From Octopus sinensis (taxonomy: Eukaryota), in assembly GCF_006345805.1 (NCBI RefSeq), contig NC_043013.1, positions 48,112,001 to 48,176,000 on the forward strand: 64,000 nucleotides of DNA. The letters run 5' to 3'. The position numbers and the translations under genes were made by a program. Below are positions 1 to 11,178 of this stretch, in pieces (position 1 is the first letter of the stretch; each line of letters starts with the position of its first letter). Below the pieces are notes generated by a model. The model was not told the DNA's origin and made no database searches. It saw nothing but the letters and a program-made list of their open reading frames with translations.

Positions 1-689
1 TTTAAGTTACATCTTTATAACAATTCCCTATAATAATTTAAATTTTTTAACCCTAGTTACTTCCCTTGATATAACTAAATTACTTTCGAAATTATTAAAA
101 AATAATTTCGATTTTCAACCTCAATTACTTCCTTTGTATTTTATATTTAAATAGTAATCGTGAATTATCTACGTTATCTTTATTTTGTGTTGTCCTATCT
201 TAATATGATATATTTAAAAATATGCGCAAGACACACGTGACATGCATTAACCAATGAGGTGAAAGTACTGAGACGCCCGCTTTAATTTCACTTCAATGGT
301 TTTTTAAGTCCACATATATAACCGTCTCACGAAATGCACAGCAGGAGATGAAAAATCAGAAGGCGACGGAAAGGGGATCAACCAAATAAATTTAATAATT
401 TAAGTATGTTTTCAGCAATAATTCTCCGCTTTTGTTTTAAGCAATGCTTCTAATGTAATTGTACATGCATGTAAACACACACGTGATTATATAAATACAA
501 TATGAGAGATCGACATTTTTTATACAATGTATTTATATATATAGGTATGCATACTGTGTGAGTGTATGCGTGTATTATGTGCGAGAGTGTGTGTGTATCT
601 CTGAGTGTGTCTGCATTTGTGTTAGTGTTTGTGTCGAAATCCACGCCAACACGGATGGGAATAGATTAGATATAAGTAAGAATACGAGC

Positions 690-874
690 CTAAACGAACT
701 TGATTTACATCACTTGTGCATTCTTCGCCAGATACACCGATGATCTTTATTCTCACGTTTTCTCGTATGTAGACAGGCGTACGGGATATATTTGGTCATA
801 TCGACGACTATATCAGCTTCAACACGGAATACTTGTGACACACACACACACACATTTATATTCATATATATATG

Positions 875-910
<36 letters not shown>

Positions 911-918
911 ATATATAT

Positions 919-971
<53 letters not shown>

Positions 972-1135
972 GAAAAATTCACAAAAAAAACAAAAGACGA
1001 AGACAGGTGGTGTAGACAATAATGAGATGTATTAGTTTAACGCTCGGGATATGAAAAAGTCTTTAACGTTTCGAGCTTACGCTCTTCCACAGAAAGGAAC
1101 ACAGAAACAAACAAGGAGAGAAAATAAAGAATGGC
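690..1135 (-). mobile_element. Penelope-terminal-repeat-like element fragment split by a (TA)n tract
   Basis: 960-1135 shares gatgtattagtttaacgctcggga...acgctcttc.acagaaaggaacac with 30360-30505; carries a hammerhead-like motif on the minus strand at 1061-1096. Confidence 0.5.
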
Positions 1136-1182
<47 letters not shown>

Positions 1183-1188
1183 ATAGAT

Positions 1189-1219
<31 letters not shown>

Positions 1220-1225
1220 AACATA

Positions 1226-1640
1226 GGCGTAGGAGTGGCTGTGTGATAAGTAGCTTGCTTACCAACCACATGGTTCTGGGTTCAGTCCCACTGCGTGGCA
1301 TCTTGGGCAAGTGTCTTCTACTATGGCCTCGGGCCGACCAAAGCCTTGTGAATGGATTTGGCAAACGGAAACTGAAAGAAGCCCGTCGTATATATGTATA
1401 TGTGTGTGTGTGTGTGTGTATGTTTGTTTGTGTGTCTGTGTTTGTCCCCCTCCTCCAACATCGCTTGACAACCGATGCTGGTGTGTTTACGTCCCCATAA
1501 ATTAGCGGTTCGGCGAAAGAGCCCGATAGAATAAGTACTAGGCTTACAAAGAATAACTCCTGGGGTCGTTTTGCTCGACTAAAAGGCGGTGCTCTAGCAT
1601 GGCCGCAGTCAAATGACTGAAACAAGTAAAAGTGAGTGAA
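1226..1640 (+). mobile_element. tRNA-derived SINE, family A, full length
   Basis: Head ggcgtaggagtggctgtgtg (A box) and ggttcagtccc (B box), CORE-like ggcatcttgggcaagtgtctt, internal (TA)(TG) tract, tail gtcaaatgactgaaacaagtaaaa; about 16 copies in the window. Confidence 0.9.
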
Positions 1641-2065
1641 GATATATATAATACATATAATATATAATATATAAACACATATATACGCATATACATACAT
1701 GCCTATTCACACATATTTAAATAGAAACTATTCTGCCCGTGACACGTTGGGTCACTGACTGTTCAGGTTATAAAACGTTGAAGCTGATTTCAACATTGCA
1801 TTGAAATGAAAGTTAATTTTATGATGATTCAGTTAAATATTTCGATTTGTTCCAGTCCTCATAGGTCTGGTTTACAAGTTCATGTTTAAAGTTTTATTGA
1901 TTATTTACAGCATCTAACAGGAATAGAACTTCCGAGATAAACCTGAACTCCAGTAACAATATTTAATTATGTGCATACTTCCACAAAAATGTAAAATGAA
2001 TTGTTATGTAATACAAACATAAAATTAATGGAAACAATTTTCACATTATTATATATTCCCATTTC

Positions 2066-3240
2066 GGGGTTATGTTACTTTTAGAGTATTTTCCCATTAT
2101 GTGCTATTTTGGCTATTTATGAAGGTACTCCAAAAAACTACGTATCTCTGGAATCTGTGGTCCGATTTACATGAAACTTGTTTTATTCCGTTTGTATTCA
2201 CATTTCAGGGATACCTACTTTCAGAGTATTTTCCATTATGTGCTATTTTGGCTATTATGAAGGTACTCCAAAAAACTACGTATCTCTGGAATCTGTGGTC
2301 CGATTTACATGAAACTTGTTTTATTCCGTTTGTATTCACATTTCAGGGATACCTTACTTTCAGAGTATTTTCCCATTATGTGCTATTTTGGCTATTTATG
2401 AAGGTACTCCAAAAAACTACGTATCTCTGGAATCTGTGGTCCGATTTACATGAAACTTGTTTTATTCCGTTTGTATTCACATTTCAGGGATACCTTACTT
2501 TCAGAGTATTTTCCCATTATGTGCTATTTTGGCTATTTATGAAGGTACTCCAAAAAACTACGTATCTCTGGAATCTGTGGTCCGATTTACATGAAACTTG
2601 TTTTATTCCGTTTGTATTCACATTTCAGGGATACCTTACTTTCAGAGTATTTTCCCATTATGTGCTATTTTGGCTATTATGAAGGTACTCCAAAAAACTA
2701 CGTATCTCTGGAATCTGTGGTCCGATTTACATGAAACTTGTTTTATTCCGTTTGTATTCACATTTCAGGGATACCTTACTTTCAGAGTATTTTCCCATTA
2801 TGTGCTATTTTGGCTATTTATGAAGGTACTCCAAAAAACTACGTATCTCTGGAATCTGTGGTCCGATTTACATGAAACTTGTTTTATTCCGTTTGTATTC
2901 ACATTTCAGGGGTACCTTACTTTCAGAGTATTTTCCCATTATGAGCTGGTTTGGCTATTTATGAAGGTACTCCAAAAAACTACGTATCTCTGGAATCTGT
3001 GGTCCGATTTACATGAAACTTGTTTTATTCCGTTTGTATTCACATTTCAGGGGTACCTTACTTTCAGAGTATTTTCCCATTATGAGCTGGTTTGGCTATT
3101 TATGAAGGTACTCCAAAAAACTACGTATCTCTGGAATCTGTGGTCCGATTTACATGAAACTTGTTTTATTCCGTTTGTATTCACATTTCAGGGGTACCTC
3201 GCTTTCAGAGTATTTTCCCATTATGAGCTCGTTTGGCTGT
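2066..3240. repeat. 141-bp tandem satellite, ~8.3 copies
   Basis: The g(t/a)gct motif after cattat recurs at 2101, 2240, 2380, 2521, 2662, 2802, 2943, 3084 and 3225 (spacing 139-141). Confidence 0.97.
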
Positions 3241-3369
3241 ATTGAATTACACACAAGCACGAACACAAGCAAGCAATCACAGAGTTTTGATAGTAGATGG
3301 ATTTAATGGAGAGCATAAAGTTTAAAGTTGTAGTTGAGAAAAGGTTAGCTGACACGGAGAATTGGAAGC

Positions 3370-3972
3370 CATCTGAATATTGGAAAAGAGTTATCTGTAT
3401 CATGATGATTCACGTCGGGTGTCAAAGTGCCGACATTATGACTGCTGCTCTATGATCTATGAAAACTGCAAAGGCTGCAAGACGTGGAAGCCGTGACCAT
3501 CAAGAAGGAACACAGAAGGCGTTCTGACTGCGACCACACGCTGTAATTCATCCCCACATATTTGAACAGGGTCTTAGGCTCAATTCAGATGGCTACGTGA
3601 AGCTGCTGGTGACTCTGGTCAAATTCTAGCGGGACAGAGTTGCTTCTGGAAGGCCATATGTCTGGCAGAAGTATTCGGCTCCTTGCCATACCTCCGGAAT
3701 AAGTCAGAAATAGGTGTCAGGAAATTTCTACGGCTTCACCAGCCCCGATTTTTGGTCTCCTAATTACCCTGATTGTAATCCCATGCATTACTAAGCGTGA
3801 GGTGCGGTTGAGAATGACACCAACCACTCTGCCTGCAGCACCAAGGCCATGTCGATGACCAAGATCAAGGAGATATTGGAAGATCTTCCCAGGGAGACAG
3901 TGAGGAAAGCATGCGCCATGGTCCGGAGCCCACTTGGAGCCATGATGGAAGGTGAGGGCGGCTACTTTGAGT
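3370..3972 (+). pseudogene. Decayed Tc1/mariner transposase, DD37D (maT-like), internally deleted
   Basis: Frame from ~3552 reads PHIFEQGLRLNSDGYVKLL...YVWQKYSAPCHTS...FWSPNYPDCNPMHY*A*GAVE...VRKAC...EGEGGYFE; 37 residues between the mutated QDSAP and NPxDY positions; several stops. Confidence 0.88.
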
Positions 3973-4116
3973 TACCTGATATCTCCCAGTTGATATTTTG
4001 AGTTTCCTGAAAAACATATCCGTAAACTATGGTGTACCACCAAAGCCGACATTACTAAAGAAGAAATTAAAAATAGAACACACACACACACACACATATA
4101 TAATATTATGTCAAAT

Positions 4117-4424
4117 CCGGGCCGACCAATACCTTGAGTGGATTGGTAGACGGAAACTGAAAGAAGCCTGTCGTATATATGTATATATATGTATATGTGT
4201 GTGTGTGTGTTTGTGTGTCTGTGTTTGTACCCCTAACATTGCTTGACAACCGATGCTGGTGTGTTTAAGTCCCCATCACTTAGCGGTTCGGCAAAAGAGA
4301 CCGATAGAATAAGTACTGGCCTTACAAAAGAATAAGTCCCGGGGTCGATTTGCTCGACTAAAGGCGGTGCTCCAGCATGGCCGCAGTCAAATGACTGAAA
4401 CAAGTAAAAGAGTAAAAGAGTAAA
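4117..4424 (+). mobile_element. SINE family A, 5'-truncated
   Basis: gggccgacc...gacggaaactgaaagaagc through the tail gactgaaacaagtaaaagagtaaaagag. Confidence 0.88.
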
Positions 4425-5205
4425 AGAACAAAAAAGTCAAAAACGCTGAGAGCCAGCAAAATTCGAACCGATGAACGAGTCTATTAAACGTGCATAAAAT
4501 ATTATTAGCCTGATATATATTAGCTTATGACATTTATCTATAGTAATTTTCTGAAAGCATTATGAAGGCAGTAAACAGCATGAAATATTTTTCGAATAAG
4601 ATCTAAATTAAATACTGAGAACCTACACAATTGAACCGTCGAAAACAACAAGGAAGTCAACAGTATGCCAGCCGGAATAAATAAACTTGCTACGAACAAG
4701 CGGTTCAATAACATCCGATTCACACTGCCATGAAATTAATTATTTGTCACACACATGCATCTATAGACAACAGAAAAAAAGAAAAAAGAAAAACCAATAC
4801 ATCTAGACTCACAGTTTCTACTTAGTGATCATTCGTCTTCTTTCGTGGAGGGAACGTTGATAGAGATTTCATTTGGCACTCACTGTTCTCAATGAGCTTC
4901 GCATGCAACTTTCATACGGAACAATACAATAGCGCAGACACACAAGTAAAGGCAGCCTTTTGTTTCCAACCACAGAACAATGTAAACGATATTTATATTT
5001 ACATATATATATATATATGTACGCAGCCATATAGTATGTATGTATGTATGCGTGTATACTTGGGCGCGTTTCTCTGTATATGCGCGAATGTGTGAAATAT
5101 ATTTATACATCCATATCTATTAGAACGTGCATGCAGTGAGATCACACATAATTAAAATACCTGTTTGTTTGTGTGTATGTGTGTGTTACTGCACGCACAT
5201 GTATA

Positions 5206-5254
<49 letters not shown>

Positions 5255-5524
5255 CTAAAAGAGAGTGACTCTCTCCAGACACAATAATATATATTTTGCA
5301 TTATATATCTAAATATATATACATATATCTATAGGCGTATATATAACTATAAATATGATGCATACATACATAGACTCCATCAATATATTAATATGCATAT
5401 AATATATAAACAAATACAATGCATATAATTGTACACTTCGTACATATCTGTACATGCTATCTCACTCTCTCTCTCTCTCTCTCTCTACATATATATATAT
5501 GGATATATGTACATACATATATAT

Positions 5525-5591
<67 letters not shown>

Positions 5592-5658
5592 GGACATATA
5601 TGTACATATACATATATATATATATATATACATGTATATATATAGATGTGTGTGTGTG

Positions 5659-5930
5659 TATATACTGTTGCGTCTGCGGAGGGTCATTCCTTTTAGTGTC
5701 TTATAATTTAACACACTCACCGGTAAAATTTCCACTTTTTTTCTTATCTTTATTGTCCTAAAATTTTCGTTGCGTCTTGCAATCTTTTGAGTCAAAACTA
5801 CTGAAAAAATTGCAAGACGCGCGAAAATTTTGCAAAATTAAAGAAGGAAATAAGTGGAATTTTTATCAGTGAGTGTGTTAAATTATAAGACACTAAAAGG
5901 GAATGACCCTCCCCAGACACAACAATATAT
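5659..5930. mobile_element. Palindromic MITE, Tc1/mariner-like (TA-flanked)
   Basis: Left tactgttgcgtctgcggagggtcattccttttagtgtcttataatttaacacactcac is the reverse complement of right gtgagtgtgttaaattataagacactaaaagggaatgaccctccccagacacaacaata; an inner ttgcgtcttgcaat/attgcaagacgcg pair; a related end fragment at 5250-5290. Confidence 0.8.
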
Positions 5931-6009
5931 GCTTTTAACACACGAACTCACATAAAGAATCTTGCAAACCAAATCCCCAGACGAAATATATATATATATA
6001 CATATACAT

Positions 6010-6106
<97 letters not shown>

Positions 6107-6113
6107 ATATATA

Positions 6114-6505
6114 GGCGTAGGAGTGGCTGTGTGGTAAGTAGCTTGCTTACAAAACACATGGTTCCGGGTTCAGTCTCACTGTGTGGCACCTTGCCCAAGT
6201 GTCTTTTACTATAGCCTCGGACCAACCAAAACCTTGTCAGTGGATTTCGAAGTCGGAAACTGAAAGAAGCCCGTCGTATATATGTATATATATGTATGTG
6301 TGTGTGTATATGTTTATGTGTCTGTGTTTGTCCCCCCAGCATCGCTTGACAACCGATGCTGGTGTGTTTGCGGTTCGGCAAAAGAGACCGATAGAATAAG
6401 TACTAGGCTTACAAAGAATACGTCCTAGGGTCGATTTGCTCGACTAAAGGCGGTGCTCCAGCATGGCCACCTTCAAATGACGTAAACAAGTAAAAGAGTA
6501 AAGAG
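6114..6505 (+). mobile_element. SINE family A, full length
   Basis: Same head, core and tail as 1226-1640. Confidence 0.9.
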
Positions 6506-6508
6506 TAT

Positions 6509-6614
<106 letters not shown>

Positions 6615-6616
6615 TT

Positions 6617-6921
6617 AGCCCACAAACAAACTGTAAAGCCAGAAATGTAGTCTATAGCATAAGATGTACAGAGAGACGATGCAGTAACACGACAACGACG
6701 TACGTAGGGGAAACGGCACGGAGCATAGGAGAGCGGGTAAATGGACATTGGAGGGAACTTAAGGAAGAGAAGAGCTCATCAGTTCTGTAATACGAGGCTC
6801 ACTCAACAACATAGAAGTTAAAACCATGTCCTCACATAGAACAGACGCAACGCTTAGACAAATTACAGAAGCTACACACATAATAGAAAATAAACCTAGC
6901 CTGAATAGGAAACTGGAATAG
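6617..6921 (+). pseudogene. Penelope-like GIY-YIG endonuclease remnant
   Basis: Reads PQTNCKARNVVYSIRCTERRCSNTTTTYVGETARSIGERVNGHW, then stop/frameshift, then RQITEATHIIENKPSLNRKLE*; VVY..C..C..YVGET.R...R...H is the Penelope-type GIY-YIG pattern. Confidence 0.85.
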
Positions 6922-7587
6922 AACACTTGCACACACACCCAACACACCACAACATATGACAGAATAATATCCTCATAAACTGATAACAATACGAACAAAA
7001 TATAATACAATACACAGATAAACAAATGGAATTAAATAACTATATACGTTAACAAAATTAAATTAAATTAAATACAAAAAAGAAAAAATAGAAAAAATAA
7101 GTAGGTATAAACACATGAACAAAATAAACAAAAAGAAATTAAACGAACGTATTTAAGCAGGAGATACAGATAACACAGGCACTCCCACACACATACACAC
7201 GCACTTACAAAACAGACAAACATAGGGGTATACGCATGCTCAAATAAAGACATACAATAGGAATACAAAATACAAAATGACTGATCGTTAGTAAGGAAGG
7301 ACACACAAATAAGAAAGAAGAAAGCAAAGGACCACTGGATGAGGTCACAGAAGTGTGACGAAAGAACTATGGCCGAAATACGATTAATGTAAAAAATAAA
7401 ATAAAGCTGAAGCAAATTAACACAAACTATATAGTGTGTGTTTTTTATTGACTAAACTGGCAACATGACCATCCCCCAATACTACAATATATATACATAT
7501 ATACGTGCATATATTTACTCACACACACACACGTATATATATATATGTGTGTGTGTGTATATATATATGTGTGTATGTATGTATGTA

Positions 7588-7709
<122 letters not shown>

Positions 7710-8181
7710 TATATATATATATATATGCATATATATATATGCATATATATATATGCATTGGTCAGAGGAATACGAAGTAGCGTTGAATGAGATAAGGAAA
7801 TATAGATGTGTACAGTCATATTTAACATGTTCTTGTATACTCGGACTGGAAAAGACATACGTCGCGGAAATTTGTTGCAGGAAAGAAAAATTCTCCTTAC
7901 GGACAATGCGGGGGGAAAAAAACACCATTGGACTTTAAATTACATCATTGGACCGTATGTATGCAATCATTTCTGCGTCGTTGCAGGTCCTCAGCTACGG
8001 GTACCGAGTCACCACTCACTGCTACTTGGAACCTTTTGCTCTTATATTAAAACAGTAAACGGTACATTTGTTGATGGACACAAAGCTCTCTCAAGTTGGA
8101 ATTAATTAATCGTAGGCGCATTAAGCAGAGTTGAATGAAAGTGTAAGTGTACAGTAATATTCCACATGTTCGAGGACAATA

Positions 8182-8536
8182 TTTATATATAAAAGTAAGG
8201 TTGTGTGTCTGTCTCCTACGATTTAGATTCCTAACTACCCCCACATGTTGCACATATCGAGCCCTTCTGGGTATTAGCGCGCGTCTACGATGAATCTACG
8301 ATTTTAAGAATAATTTACCATCATTTTTTTCCATTTTAATGCACTTTTTCGCTATTATATAAGGGAAGTAACTCTCTAAAAATGTCTACGATGAGTCAAT
8401 GATTTTTTTTTTAAATTACCATCATTTTTTCCCCATTTTTAATGCATTTTTTTGCTATTTTTTGGCTATAACTCACTAAAAATGCTTTATAGTTATTTCC
8501 CTTACAAATCCGAGCAACGCCGGGCGATACTGCTAG
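8182..8536 (+). mobile_element. Non-autonomous Helitron
   Basis: 5' ttatatataaaagtaaggttgtgtgtctgtc; 3' hairpin ccgagcaacgccgggcg followed by CTAG|T; internal ~100-bp duplication (gtctacgatga...ttaccatcattttt). Confidence 0.8.
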
Positions 8537-9067
8537 TCGCATATAAAATACATATACTGCAGAAATTGGCTTCAGAGAAATAATTCTCCTCAGAGACAAT
8601 ACGAGTGTAAAACACACCACTGAGCTATGAATGATGTCATCAAACTGCAAAACTTTATTACAGTGCAGTAAATTCTGCTGGAATGAACTTGCATGTACGT
8701 ACATAATCAGCTTGTTTAGAATAATATACAGAAAAAGAATAAATTTCACATATTGTTTATAAATTTATTGTTCTTTACAGCTGTTGCAACGGAATAAAAC
8801 AGCATTATTTATATAATTAGATAATTAAAATATATAACTAATTAATTTAACAGTGACGTGTTAACCATATCTTCGGGAGAAATCAATGGAACATGGTAAT
8901 CAGAAAACCATTTCAGATTTAAATATAAACGAGACAGAGAGAAAAAAAACGACAAAGTGACAAGTCATAAAGATATATATATACACATACACATATAGAT
9001 ACATACATATGTTTGTGTATACGCATACCTATATACATAAATACACACCTATACACATATATATATA

Positions 9068-9141
<74 letters not shown>

Positions 9142-9499
9142 GTATATATATATATACTTGCACACATGGATATACACACACATGTGTGTGTGTGTATAAG
9201 GGGGGTTTTATTTTATGTTATTTTAAAGCCATAGTAAAGCGGGGGACAAGTAAGGAAGGAGATGAAGGAAGAGGAAAAGTTGGAGAGCATTGAGAAATGG
9301 GGTAAAGAACAAGTGAATCACCAGAAATGTAACGATAGTAAAGAACATGCTCGAAATTGCAACGCATAATGGGGCTGCCTATGACGACGCATACATTCTA
9401 TATATATATACATAAACTATGATCTGAGAGAGATATCTCCGAATGCACAGTACCATGTGTATGAGCAACAGACAAGCACAAGTATATCAAATACCATAC

Positions 9500-9800
9500 A
9501 ACATGAATTCTTCATTTATTTAAATTATCTCCAGCTGCAGATGATGTGTCAGAATTACCAAATGGCAATTAAGTCTAGTAACGACATGTAACAGCACATA
9601 TGCTTTTCTCTAGACTATCTGCTCCTTCCTGTTTTAGCCCTGCCTGGACTTTTCCTCTGTATCTGATGAAAAGCCATATTCGAAACGTCATTTCTACTCC
9701 TATTCGAAAGCTTTCACTGAGCGTCAATCTAACGTATCCATTGTGTCCGTTTAATTGACCTTTGTTGGTATTTCTTGTATTTTCTTTTACTTTGGATTTA
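9500..9800 (+). mobile_element. Probable Penelope terminal-repeat fragment
   Basis: Contains CTGATGA-12 nt-GAAACGTC at 9663-9689 in a pyrimidine-rich context like other pLTR-like repeats here. Confidence 0.4.
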
Positions 9801-9821
9801 CCGACAAAGCTTTATCTTTTA

Positions 9822-10060
9822 TCTGTTTCAGTCATTAGACTACGGCCATACTGGAGCACCGTCTTGAAGAACTTTTAGTTGAATGAATCAACTCCAGTAC
9901 TTATTGTTATTTTTTTAAAGCTTGGTACTTATTCTATCGGTCTCTTTTGCCGAAATGGTAAGTTACAGGGACGTAAAGAAACCAGCGTACTCTTTGACAA
10001 GCGGCGGTAGAGGACAAACGCAGACACTAAAACAAACACACACGCACACACACATTCACA
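9822..10060 (-). mobile_element. SINE family A, diverged 3' half
   Basis: tgtttcagtcattagactacggccatactggagcacc...tacttattctatcggtctcttttgccgaa. Confidence 0.8.
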
Positions 10061-10665
10061 CACACACTTACCGCCCCCATATATATATACTATATATATA
10101 AATATATATATTATTATATATATATATAAATTAAATTAAATTAGAGATAAAACCACCATTAGGCAAATCAAACAGTGAAAAACATAAACCAAAACATAAA
10201 AATAAATATAATTAATATAATATACAAAATATATAAAATATAAAATATAAAATTTAAAATTTAAATTATTTAAATTTAAAATTTTTAATTTATATTTATA
10301 ATTTTTTATATTTTTATATTTTTTTAAATTTTTAATTTATAAATTTTTACGCTTTTAATTTTTTAATTTTTTAATTTATTAATTAATTTATTTATTATTA
10401 TTATTATTATTATTTTATAACTATCAAAAAGTATTAAAAAGTTTAATATAATATAATAATATATATATATTAAACCCATACATAGATATATACATTCACA
10501 TCTCAGAATAAAATGTTCATAATATACTTGTTTGTGTATATATTAAGACTTGTTAGTTATGTAGTGAGGACCTTAATTATATTTCAATATTAAAGCTTGG
10601 TTAAAAAGACATTAGTTAGAAATCTCTATATGAGATGAAAGCAGTAACTATACTCAGAAGTTTTG

Positions 10666-11144
10666 TTTATCGCCACTTAAATATGGCTGTTGTGTAGGAA
10701 CCGACGTTACTACCATTTTAACCGCAGGAGAACGCCCCTCCAGCTGGCCATTCGATGCAATCTGCACCCCGCTATGTATTACAAATAGGTGATACACGGT
10801 AGAGTAACCGCTTTCACCTCTTATAGAGATTTAGAAACTAACTAATTTGCTTGTTGCAAGATCAGTGACTGGGGTGTCACTTATTTTCAAGATAGTGCGA
10901 GCTGGAGCGAACAATTGCTATCTCCAGCTGACGAGTATCCACCACTGAGGATGAAGATAAGCACCTCGAAACTGTACGCTTTGGTGGTCTCGTGGCTAGA
11001 AGATGGTAGGGGTTCACTCCCCTGCTTGCAATATATATCGGGTGCAGATTGCATCGAATAACCAGCTGGAAGAGTCGTCCTCCTGGGGTTTAAATGGTAG
11101 TAACGTTGGCTCCTACGGAACAGCCATATTTAAGTGGCGATAAA
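10666..11144. mobile_element. Foldback MITE with ~130-bp TIRs
   Basis: tttatcgccacttaaatatggctg...ccagctggccattcgatgcaatctgcacc (10666-10795) pairs with gggtgcagattgcatcgaataaccagctgg...cagccatatttaagtggcgataaa (11015-11144). Confidence 0.85.
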
Positions 11145-11178
11145 GATTACTGAACAGACATTATGATTCTGATATTTA

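Noticed and set aside
2101-3245. 193- and 215-aa ORFs with 47-aa repeats
   Set aside because: A by-product of a 141-bp (multiple of 3) satellite; the frame shifts between units and no domain is recognisable.
10926-10985. CTGACGA/CTGAGGA...CCTCGAAACTGTA in the foldback centre
   Set aside because: No consistent stem II adjoining both core halves, and stem I needs a 5-nt bulge.
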